64,000 nt of DNA. Source: Thermoanaerobaculia bacterium. GTDB lineage: Bacteria; Acidobacteriota; Thermoanaerobaculia; Multivoradales; Multivoraceae. Position numbers and translations under genes: made by a program. Every line of letters begins with the position of its first letter. The stretch's first letter is position 1. The DNA lies in the NCBI GenBank assembly GCA_963666565.1, contig OY762911.1, forward strand, positions 4,352,001 through 4,416,000, in the 5' to 3' direction. Below the pieces are notes generated by a model. The model was not told the DNA's origin. It made no database searches and worked only from the letters and a program-made list of their open reading frames with translations. Below are positions 45,448 to 53,410 of the stretch, piece by piece.

Positions 45448-46512
45448 TTGAGAATCCCCGCGGCCCTGATCGCCATCGTCCCGCTTCTGCTCGCGGCGCC
45501 CGGGGCCGGCGCCCAGGACGACATCAAGCGCATGCCCGACGGCCGGCCCGACCTGCACGGCAACTACGACGCGGCCACGCTGACGCCGCTCCAGCGGCCC
45601 GAGGAGTACGGCGAGAACCTGTTTCTCACCCCGGACGAGGCCGAGAAGATCAAGGTCGACGCGGCCAAGAGCCGGGCCGACCGCCACCAGATCAGCGACC
45701 CCGACCGCGAGCCCCCGCCGGTCGGCGGCGACGGGTCGGGCGGCGGCGCCGGCAACGTCGGCGGCTACAACTACTTCTGGCTCGACTTCGGCACCGAGGC
45801 ATTCTCGGTGGACGGCAAGTTCCGCACCTCGATCATCGTCGACCCGCCGAACGGCCGCATGCCGGAGATGACCGAGCCGGCGAAGGCGAGAAGGGCGGCG
45901 CGCGACAAGCTGCGGCGGCCGAACGACGGCTCAGCCTGGTGGCTCGACATCGACGGCCCCGGCCCCTACGACGGCCCCGAGTCGCTGCCGATCACGGAAC
46001 GCTGCATCGTCGGCTTCACCGGCGCCACGCCCACGCTCCCGAGCGCCTACAACAACTACAAGCGCGTGGTCCAGACCGAAGACCACGTGATGATCCTGAT
46101 CGAGATGAACCACGACGCCCGCATCGTCCGCCTGAACGACGAGCACCCGAGCCCCGAAGAGCGCAAGTGGCTCGGCGACTCGGTCGGCTGGTGGGAGGGC
46201 GACACGCTCGTCATCGACTCCGTCAACTTCCACCCGAAGGCGTTCCTGCGCGGATCGACCCAGGAGCTGCACGTCACGGAGCGCCTGACCCTCCAGCCGA
46301 CCGGCGACATCCTCTACCGGTTCACGATGGACGACCCGGCCACATGGGAAACGCCCTGGTCCGGCGAGTACATCTGGCGGAACCGCCCGGAACTCGTGTA
46401 CGAGTACGCCTGCCACGAGGGGAACTACGCGATGGGCAACACCCTGCGCGGCGCGCGGATTCTGGAGGCCGACGCCGCGGCGGAGGCGGCCAGCACCGGC
46501 GGCGGCCACTAG
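45448..46512 (+). CDS. Secreted hypothetical protein, paralog 3
   Basis: RBS GGAGG then TTG at 45448; same family motifs. Confidence 0.88.
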   Translation: MRIPAALIAIVPLLLAAPGAGAQDDIKRMPDGRPDLHGNYDAATLTPLQRPEEYGENLFLTPDEAEKIKVDAAKSRADRHQISDPDREPPPVGGDGSGGGAGNVGGYNYFWLDFGTEAFSVDGKFRTSIIVDPPNGRMPEMTEPAKARRAARDKLRRPNDGSAWWLDIDGPGPYDGPESLPITERCIVGFTGATPTLPSAYNNYKRVVQTEDHVMILIEMNHDARIVRLNDEHPSPEERKWLGDSVGWWEGDTLVIDSVNFHPKAFLRGSTQELHVTERLTLQPTGDILYRFTMDDPATWETPWSGEYIWRNRPELVYEYACHEGNYAMGNTLRGARILEADAAAEAASTGGGH

Positions 46513-46627
46513 CGGCCCCGTCGCGGCCCGCGCGACCGTTGGCCGCACTGCCCTTTCGTTCGCTTGCATCGTCTGCCGGGCGAAGGTAGCTTCCGCGCAG
46601 ATACCCGCCGGCAGCGTGCTGTCGGCT

Positions 46628-46661
46628 CAAGGGCTGCTCTTCGGGGCAGCCCTTGCTGTTT
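46628..46661 (+). terminator. Putative intrinsic terminator hairpin
   Basis: CAAGGGCTGC-TCTTCGGG-GCAGCCCTTG stem with a TTCG loop, followed by a weak T tract. Confidence 0.45.
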
Positions 46662-46711
46662 GGGGACTCACGCTACACTCCCGGCATCCCAGTCGAACAG
46701 GAGGACGCAGA

Positions 46712-47782
46712 ATGAGACTCCCAGTCCCCGCCGCCTTGGCCACCATGCTCGCCCTGCTGCTCGCGGCGCCCGCGCTCGCGGCCGAAGGCGAGATCAAGCG
46801 GGCCGCCAACGGCAAGCCCGACCTGACCGGCACCTACGACGCCGCCACGCTGACGCCGCTGCAGCGGCCGGAGGAGTACGGCGAGAACCTCTACCTGACG
46901 CCGGAGGAGGCCGAGAAGATCGCGACCGACGCGGCGAAGGCCCGCGCCGACCGGCACCAGGTCTCCGACCCGAACCGCGAGGCGCCGCCGGAGGGCGGCG
47001 ACGGCTCGCCAGGCGCGGCGGGCAACGTCGGCGGCTACAACAGCTTCTGGCTCGACCGCGGCACGGACACGTTCGCGGTGGACGGCAAATTCCGCACCTC
47101 GATCATCGTCGACCCGCCGAACGGCCGCATGCCGGAGACCACCGAGGCCGCCAAGGCGCGGTTCGCCGAGCGCGCCAAGCTGCGCCGCCCGAACGAGGGC
47201 GTCGCGTGGTGGCTCGAACTCGACGGCCCGGGCCCTTACGACGGCCCCGAGTCGCTGCCGATCAGCGAGCGTTGCATCCTCGGCTTCACCGGCGCCACGC
47301 CGACCTTCCCGAGCGGCTACAACAACTACAAGCGGGTCGTGCAGACCGAGGACCACATCATGATCCTGATCGAGATGGTCCACGACGCCCGGATCGTCCG
47401 CCTGAACGACGAGCACCCGAGCCCGGAGGAGCGGCGCTGGCTGGGCGACTCGATCGGCTGGTGGGAAGGCGACACCCTCGTCATCGACTCGGTCCACTTC
47501 CGGCCCGACGGGTTCCTGCGCGGCGCGACGAAGGACCTCCACGTCACGGAGCGGCTGACGCTCCAGCCCGACGGCAACATCCTCTACCGGTTCACGATGA
47601 ACGACCCGGCCACATGGGAAGCCCCGTGGTCCGGCGAGTACATCTGGAAGCGCGACCAGGAACGCGTCTACGAGTACGCCTGCCACGAGGGCAACTACTC
47701 GATGGGCGGCACGCTCCGGGGCGCCCGGATCCTCGAAGACGACTGGCGCGCCGGAAAGGCGGCCAGCACCGGCGGCGAGTAA
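46712..47782 (+). CDS. Secreted hypothetical protein, paralog 4
   Basis: RBS AGGAGG then ATG at 46712; same family motifs. Confidence 0.9.
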   Translation: MRLPVPAALATMLALLLAAPALAAEGEIKRAANGKPDLTGTYDAATLTPLQRPEEYGENLYLTPEEAEKIATDAAKARADRHQVSDPNREAPPEGGDGSPGAAGNVGGYNSFWLDRGTDTFAVDGKFRTSIIVDPPNGRMPETTEAAKARFAERAKLRRPNEGVAWWLELDGPGPYDGPESLPISERCILGFTGATPTFPSGYNNYKRVVQTEDHIMILIEMVHDARIVRLNDEHPSPEERRWLGDSIGWWEGDTLVIDSVHFRPDGFLRGATKDLHVTERLTLQPDGNILYRFTMNDPATWEAPWSGEYIWKRDQERVYEYACHEGNYSMGGTLRGARILEDDWRAGKAASTGGE

Positions 47783-47838
47783 CGACCGGTAGTTGCCGCC
47801 GGACGCGCGGGTTCGCATCGCGGCGGCAGCCGCGAGGG

Positions 47839-48240
47839 CTACGCCAGCAGCCGCTCCAGCGCTGTCGCGGCGGCCAACAAGGCACCCACCACGAGCAGCA
47901 TGCGCCAGGTCAGGTCGGCGCGCAGCTTCTCCATGTCGGCGCGAATCTCGCCGCGGAACCGGCCCATCTCGCCGCGCAGTTCAGCACGCAGTTCGCCCAT
48001 CTCACCGCGCAACTCGCCCATCTCGGCGCGCAGTTCGCCCATCTCGCCACGCATCTCGGCGCGCAGTTCGCTCATCTCACCGCGCAACTCGGCACGCAGC
48101 TCGGCCATCTCGCCGCGCAGTTCGGCGTGGTCCCGCGCACGCTCGGCGCGCGTCTCGCGGCGCATCGCCTCAAGCCGCACTGCCACGTCCGATTCGGTCA
48201 TGAAGGAGGTACTCACAGTCTCCGGTTCCGTTGCTGTCAT
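47839..48240 (-). CDS. DUF1640/CCDC90-like coiled-coil protein with C-terminal membrane anchor
   Basis: ELRAE(L/M)RGEM repeats followed by ADLTWRMLLVVGALL; RBS GGAG. Confidence 0.75.
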   Translation of the reverse strand: MTATEPETVSTSFMTESDVAVRLEAMRRETRAERARDHAELRGEMAELRAELRGEMSELRAEMRGEMGELRAEMGELRGEMGELRAELRGEMGRFRGEIRADMEKLRADLTWRMLLVVGALLAAATALERLLA

Positions 48241-48422
48241 CGCGTTTCTCCAGTCGGTGATCGCCCCGCACAGGGAAACCGCAGCAACGGGACGATGGTA
48301 CATGAGACGCCGGCCGCACGGTGTCGCGCGGACCGTCGCGAGCCGCACATCTCGGCTCTCTAGACCAAGACGGATTCCGGCCGCGTCTCCCGGCGCCGAA
48401 GCGCCGGCGCCTTCGGCCGCGC

Positions 48423-49283
48423 TTACTCCAGACGGCGGTTGGGGCCGACCGCGATCTCGGTGATGTGGAGGCTCAGGCCCTCGCCGGCGCTCAGGCCGAC
48501 GACGCCGTCGAGATGCAGGTCTTCCGACGGGAACTCGGCGACAGACTCTCCGCCGACGTAGAAGATCGTCCGTTCGCCCCGGACGTCGACCTCCAGCACG
48601 TTCTCGGCGGGCGACGTGGCCGGCTCGTCGAGCACGGCGACGGCGTCGTGAACGGTCCACGGCGCGAGTTCCCGCACTTCCCCGCCGACATGACGGGCCA
48701 GGCGGAAGCGGCCGGCGTTGTCCATCACGAACGAGACGTACTCGGGCGTCGGCCCCTCCAGGTCGCGGCCGCCGAGGAACAGGCCGTAGGCAGTGTCGAG
48801 CCGCGTCGAGCCGGATCGTTCCGGGTCGCCCTTCGGGAACAGGTAGATCGTGCTCTTGACGGCGTAGTTGCCCGACGCGAAGCTGCCCGGGTCCCACAGC
48901 AGACCGGCGGCGCCGGCGTAAACGTGCCAGCCGGGCCGCATGACGACGAAGCTCCGCTCGGCCGCTTCGCCGGCGCCGTCGTAGCGGACCTTCCAGTGCT
49001 CCGGACGTTCCAGGTTGTGGCCCGACTGGGCCGACACGGTTGCCGAAACCGCCATCGCGGCAACCATCGCGACGACAGCAGCGCACCATCTCCTTCGCCG
49101 TGCCGGTCTGGCGACCGGCGCGCTTTTCCGGCCGCCTCCGGCGGCAGCGGGTCGGAAGACCCGCGCACCGACAATGCGGCCAGTTTCCAACGCGACAGCG
49201 CAATGGACGCCCGCCGCGTTCTCTCGCATGCCAAGCCTCCCGCGCAAAGAGGCCAGCCGCCGCACGCTCTGAAGTCGAACCAT
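48423..49283 (-). CDS. Secreted beta-rich hypothetical protein with a REP insertion in its leader
   Basis: AGGAG-N5-ATG at 49283; long basic n-region containing [10 protein letters not shown], then h-region AAVVAMVAAMAVSATVSA-Q. Confidence 0.75.
   Translation of the reverse strand: MVRLQSVRRLASLRGRLGMRENAAGVHCAVALETGRIVGARVFRPAAAGGGRKSAPVARPARRRRWCAAVVAMVAAMAVSATVSAQSGHNLERPEHWKVRYDGAGEAAERSFVVMRPGWHVYAGAAGLLWDPGSFASGNYAVKSTIYLFPKGDPERSGSTRLDTAYGLFLGGRDLEGPTPEYVSFVMDNAGRFRLARHVGGEVRELAPWTVHDAVAVLDEPATSPAENVLEVDVRGERTIFYVGGESVAEFPSEDLHLDGVVGLSAGEGLSLHITEIAVGPNRRLE
49118..49169. repeat. REP-like element inside a coding sequence
   Basis: CCGCCTCCGGCGGCAGCGGGTCGGAAGACCCGCGCACC. Confidence 0.85.
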
Positions 49284-49291
49284 GAACACTC

Positions 49292-51535
49292 CTACTCCTC
49301 CGGCCGGTAGACCAGACGCTCTTCCGACACGACGTTCTTGCCGCCGTCGGCGAGCAGTTCGTCGCGGGCGAACCAGCTCGGCTTCATGGCGCCGGCCGAG
49401 AACAGCTTCTCGGCCTGGTCGCGGTAGTGCGGCGAGTCGGGCCGGTCGCTCTGGCCGATCGGGGGCTGGGTGTAGCTGCGGATCGGGTCGCTGAGGATGA
49501 CGACCTCGGTCGAGGTCTGGCCGCGGTTGCCCCAGCGCCGGCCGTCGGGGCGCGGAGGGCTGAACCCGACCGAACGCATGGTCGCCATCCCGGCGTCGTT
49601 GAGTGAGCCGCCGCCGACCGGCCAGGACACTTCGTCATTCGAGTCCTGGCGGCCGACCCGGAACACGTCGCCGAAGGCCGCATCGAAGCCGCCCGGGCCC
49701 GAGCGGAGGGCCTCCGCCGCAGCGTCGATCGCCTCGACCAGGGCCGGCAGCTCGTCGTCGCGGAGACCGGACGGCTTCGGCGCCTCGCGGATCAGTTCCA
49801 GGTAGTCGTTGACCCGCGCCGTCATCTGGTTCATCTCTTCGCGGCCGACCAGCTCCCGGAGCGCCTCGCGCCAGCGGAAGTAGGCGAGCGCGCCCTGTGA
49901 GTCCGGCTCGGCGACGCCGTTCCACTCCTCGATCCGGCGGACGACTTCGGCGTGGCCCGCGGAGCGCTTGCCGGGAACGGCCGCTTCCGCGCGCCGCAAC
50001 TCCTCCACCCAGCGCTCGAACTGGTAGACCGAACGGTCGAGCGCCAGTTCGACGATCTCCTCCTCGCTCCACCCGGCGCCGGCTTCCCGCTTCGCCTCCA
50101 GCAGCGCCACGGCGGCCGCGCCCCGTTGATGGGTGTACAGCTTCGGCTGGTTGTAGAGGTACGCGGGGTAGCGCTCCGGCAAGAGCGGCGACCCGACCAG
50201 CATCGTGTCCGGGCCGATGTTGTTGTTCTGCATGTAGCCGCGCTCGGGATTGAGCAGGGACATCAGGTCGGACGCCGGGTGGATGCCCAGCCATTCGGTC
50301 TCGGAGGTCGATCCGTCGACGGAACGGCGCCAGTCGTAGCCCTCCGGCCGGATCGGCACCCGGCCGGTCCGCTGGTAGTAGATGTTGCCGCCGGTGTCCG
50401 CGATCATCACGTTCTGCGGCATGATCTGGCGCACGTCCAGCGCCGCGGCGGCGCCCCGGTAGTCCTCCGCGACCATGAACCAGTACTTCGACTCCAGGTA
50501 GCCGATCTCCTCCTCGTACGCGAGAGCGGCGGCGTAGGCGCGGTCGCCGCGCCGCGCGACGATCGGGCCGTGGTGCGAGTACCGGAACGTCGCCTCGCGC
50601 GGCGCCGCCTCGCCGGCTACCGCAACCTCGACCGTGCGGCTCTCCATCTGCCGCCACTCGCCGTCGTAGAGATAGCGGCTCGGGTCTTTCGGGTCGAGGG
50701 TCAGTTCGTAGACGTCGGCCGTGTCCGGGCCGCCCGTCGTGTGCGCCCAGGCGACGTGCTCGTTGTGGCCCAGGTTGACGTAGGGGAAGCCCGCGGTGGC
50801 GAAGCCGCTGATGTGGATGTCGCCGGCGTGCAGCCGCAGTTCCCAGTAGCGGTGACGGCCGAGCCAGGAGAGATGCGGATCGATGACGAGCGCCGCCGCG
50901 TCGAAGGTCGTCTGGCCGGGCGCCAGCGCGATCTCGTTGGAGGCCCGCAGGTCGACGTCGAAGCTCGGCTCGATGCCGACCGCCCGCAGGTCGGAGCGCG
51001 CCTGACCGGCAGGCCAGCTCCAGATGAACTGGCGGCTGAAGGCGACCGGCATGTAGACGTCGACCGGGCGGTCGCCCCACCAGTCGGGCACCTCGTCGGG
51101 ATGCGCGTCGAGGTAGTCGTTGATGCCGGCGATGAACGCGGCCAGGTGCCGGCGGAGTTCCGGGTTCAGCTTCGCCTCGTAGTGGCGCTTCGCCGTGCCG
51201 TAGTGGTCCCACATCCGCGACTCGAGATCGGACCGCACCCAGGCGTCGTTGGCGCCGGGGCCGAAGGCGGCGGCGTACTCGCCGAGTCCGAACAGGTAGT
51301 TCTCGAGCAGTTGCGACAGCCGGTCCTCCGCCATGGCCCAGCCGGAGGCGTAGAGACCGGCCTCGGCGGACTCGGCGTAGATGTGGGGGACACCCCAGGC
51401 GTCCCGGTAGACCGTCGCCTCCTCGCCGCCTCCGCCGGGCGGTCCGCACGCCGCGGTCAGCGCGAGCAGTGGCACGACGAGGAGCGGCCGGAACGGAGAC
51501 CTGCTGCCCTGCCTTTCCACGTCGATCCTCCTCAA
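49292..51535 (-). CDS. Penicillin/cephalosporin acylase family Ntn-hydrolase (lipoprotein)
   Basis: LTAAC lipobox, RDAWGVPHIY, ASNE nucleophile Ser, IDPH, and PIGQSDRPDSPHY. Confidence 0.9.
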   Translation of the reverse strand: MRRIDVERQGSRSPFRPLLVVPLLALTAACGPPGGGGEEATVYRDAWGVPHIYAESAEAGLYASGWAMAEDRLSQLLENYLFGLGEYAAAFGPGANDAWVRSDLESRMWDHYGTAKRHYEAKLNPELRRHLAAFIAGINDYLDAHPDEVPDWWGDRPVDVYMPVAFSRQFIWSWPAGQARSDLRAVGIEPSFDVDLRASNEIALAPGQTTFDAAALVIDPHLSWLGRHRYWELRLHAGDIHISGFATAGFPYVNLGHNEHVAWAHTTGGPDTADVYELTLDPKDPSRYLYDGEWRQMESRTVEVAVAGEAAPREATFRYSHHGPIVARRGDRAYAAALAYEEEIGYLESKYWFMVAEDYRGAAAALDVRQIMPQNVMIADTGGNIYYQRTGRVPIRPEGYDWRRSVDGSTSETEWLGIHPASDLMSLLNPERGYMQNNNIGPDTMLVGSPLLPERYPAYLYNQPKLYTHQRGAAAVALLEAKREAGAGWSEEEIVELALDRSVYQFERWVEELRRAEAAVPGKRSAGHAEVVRRIEEWNGVAEPDSQGALAYFRWREALRELVGREEMNQMTARVNDYLELIREAPKPSGLRDDELPALVEAIDAAAEALRSGPGGFDAAFGDVFRVGRQDSNDEVSWPVGGGSLNDAGMATMRSVGFSPPRPDGRRWGNRGQTSTEVVILSDPIRSYTQPPIGQSDRPDSPHYRDQAEKLFSAGAMKPSWFARDELLADGGKNVVSEERLVYRPEE

Positions 51536-52158
51536 CCCGGCCGGCGCGTCCCAGCGCCGGCCGCGTCACAGTCCGAGCGTCCGTCTCCGGGCGGTCGGAT
51601 GTCACCCGGCGGCTTCTTCGCCGACTTCGGCCGGAACGCCTCGATCCGCTCTTCGTTCGTCGTCAGGTACGGCCCGCCGATCAGGTCGACGCAGTACGGG
51701 ATCGCCGGAAACACGGCGTCCAGGCACTCGCCGATCGCCTTCGGCTGTCCCGGCAGGTTGACGATCAGCGCCGAGCCGCGAATCCCAGCCGTCTGCCGCG
51801 ACAGGATCGCCGTCGGCACCGCCTGGAGCGACACCTGCCGCATCAGTTCACCGAAGCCCGGCATCTCCTTCTCGCACACCGCCAGAGTGGCCTCCGGCGT
51901 CACGTCCCGCGCCGCCGGCCCGGTGCCGCCCGTGGTCACGACGAGGCAGCACTCTTCGTCGTCGCATAGCTCGCGTAGCGCCCCCCCGATCAGGTCGACC
52001 TCGTCCTCGACGACGCGCGCACAAGCCTCCCAAGGCGAGGTCAGCACGTCCGCCAGGTAGTCGCGGATCGCGGGACCGCCGCGGTCCTCGTACACGCCGC
52101 GCGACGCCCGGTCCGAGACGGTCACGATGCCGATACGGGCCGGAGCGCGTTCCGACAT
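51532..52158 (-). CDS. mog: Molybdopterin adenylyltransferase
   Basis: IVTVSDRAS, TTGGTGPAARDVTPEAT, LSRQTAG, NLPGQPKAI and IPYCVDLIGG. Confidence 0.95.
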   Translation of the reverse strand: MSERAPARIGIVTVSDRASRGVYEDRGGPAIRDYLADVLTSPWEACARVVEDEVDLIGGALRELCDDEECCLVVTTGGTGPAARDVTPEATLAVCEKEMPGFGELMRQVSLQAVPTAILSRQTAGIRGSALIVNLPGQPKAIGECLDAVFPAIPYCVDLIGGPYLTTNEERIEAFRPKSAKKPPGDIRPPGDGRSDCDAAGAGTRRPG

Positions 52159-52162
52159 CGCG

Positions 52163-52672
52163 CTAGGGAATGAACAGACGAGCGAAGACGGCGACCGTGG
52201 CCGCGACGTTGAACCCCATGAACCACTTCATCGTGCGAAGGTGGGACTGAATTGCCGCGACTTGACCTTCAAGAGCGGTGAATCGACCGTCCACGCCGGC
52301 GAACTGGCCATCCACGGAGGCGAACTGGCCATCCACGGCAGAGAATCGCCCTTCCACCGCGGCGAACCGTTCGTTCACCTCCGCACGGAACGAGGCCATC
52401 TCGCCGCCGAGATCGGTCCGCACCGCTGCGATCTCCAGGCCGATGTTGGTCGCCAGCCTCGTCTCCACGGACTCGATCCTGTTGCTCAGGTCCGTCCTGA
52501 CCGACTCGATCTCGGCTCCGAGTTCGGACCGAACGAGCGCCAGGTCGTCCTTCGTGGCGAGCCGATCGTCGGCCCGGTTGATCGCGTCGACGATGACCTC
52601 CGCATGTGCCGGCTCGATGCCGGCCTCCTTGAAGGTCCTGTGAGTTGCGAGTGTGTCTATTCTGCTGGTCAT
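52163..52672 (-). CDS. DUF1640/CCDC90-like coiled-coil protein
   Basis: IDTL...EAGI...AEVIV...LATKDDL head, heptad repeats, and MKWFMGFNVA anchor. Confidence 0.8.
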   Translation of the reverse strand: MTSRIDTLATHRTFKEAGIEPAHAEVIVDAINRADDRLATKDDLALVRSELGAEIESVRTDLSNRIESVETRLATNIGLEIAAVRTDLGGEMASFRAEVNERFAAVEGRFSAVDGQFASVDGQFAGVDGRFTALEGQVAAIQSHLRTMKWFMGFNVAATVAVFARLFIP

Positions 52673-52801
52673 TCGATTCGCTCCTTGCGTGCATTCCCGC
52701 AAGGAGGCGCCCAAGGTGGCAAGGCAAGGGCCTCCGAGAGTACCACCGGCTCCCTCCGGCAACCGCCGGGCGCCCGACCGTCGTTGATACCCTCTCCGGT
52801 C

Positions 52802-53410
52802 GTGCCGGACACGCAACAGGACGCGCGACTGCACGAGTTGAGAGCGCTGATCCAGGAGCGGAGCATCGCCAAGGGCGACTTCGTCCTGACCTCCGGCGCC
52901 CGCTCGCACTACTACTGCGACACGAAGGCGACGGTGCTGTCGCCGCGGGGCTCGCGGCTGATCGGCGAGGCGCTCTGCGACGTGTTGCGGCCCTTCGGAG
53001 TCGACGCCGTCGGCGGGCCCGAAGTAGGCGGCGCCTACCTGGCGACGGCCGCGTCCGTGGCGAGCGACCTCGGCGGGCCGCCGCTGTTCGGCTTCCTGGT
53101 CCGCAACAAGGCGAAGGGCCACGGCACGAGCGCCCGCATCGACGCCTCGTACCACCCGGACGGCCGCAAGCTGATCGTCGCGGGCCGGCGGGTCGCCGTC
53201 GTCGACGACGTCGTCACCTCGGCCGGCTCGATCCTGCGCGCTATCGAGGCGGTCGAGGCCGAGGGCTGCGAAGTCGCCGCCGTGTCGGCGGTCGTCGACC
53301 GCCAGGAGGGAGGCGGCGACCGCCTGCGCGAACTCGGTTACGACTTCCGGCCGCTGTTCCTCGCCGACGGCGAAGGCGACCTGACGCTCCACGCCGGAGA
53401 CGGACGATGA
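52802..53410 (+). CDS. pyrE: Orotate phosphoribosyltransferase
   Basis: GDFVLTSG..S.YYCD, VRNKAKGHG, and the PRPP motif VVDDVVTSAGS. Confidence 0.93.
   Translation: MPDTQQDARLHELRALIQERSIAKGDFVLTSGARSHYYCDTKATVLSPRGSRLIGEALCDVLRPFGVDAVGGPEVGGAYLATAASVASDLGGPPLFGFLVRNKAKGHGTSARIDASYHPDGRKLIVAGRRVAVVDDVVTSAGSILRAIEAVEAEGCEVAAVSAVVDRQEGGGDRLRELGYDFRPLFLADGEGDLTLHAGDGR

Noticed and set aside
47839-49203. Over-long track ORFs (also 2118-4910, 5549-8206, 16571-21883, 52163-53392, 52645-55869)
   Set aside because: Upstream extensions overlap other real genes; RBS positions and start/stop overlaps support the shorter calls.
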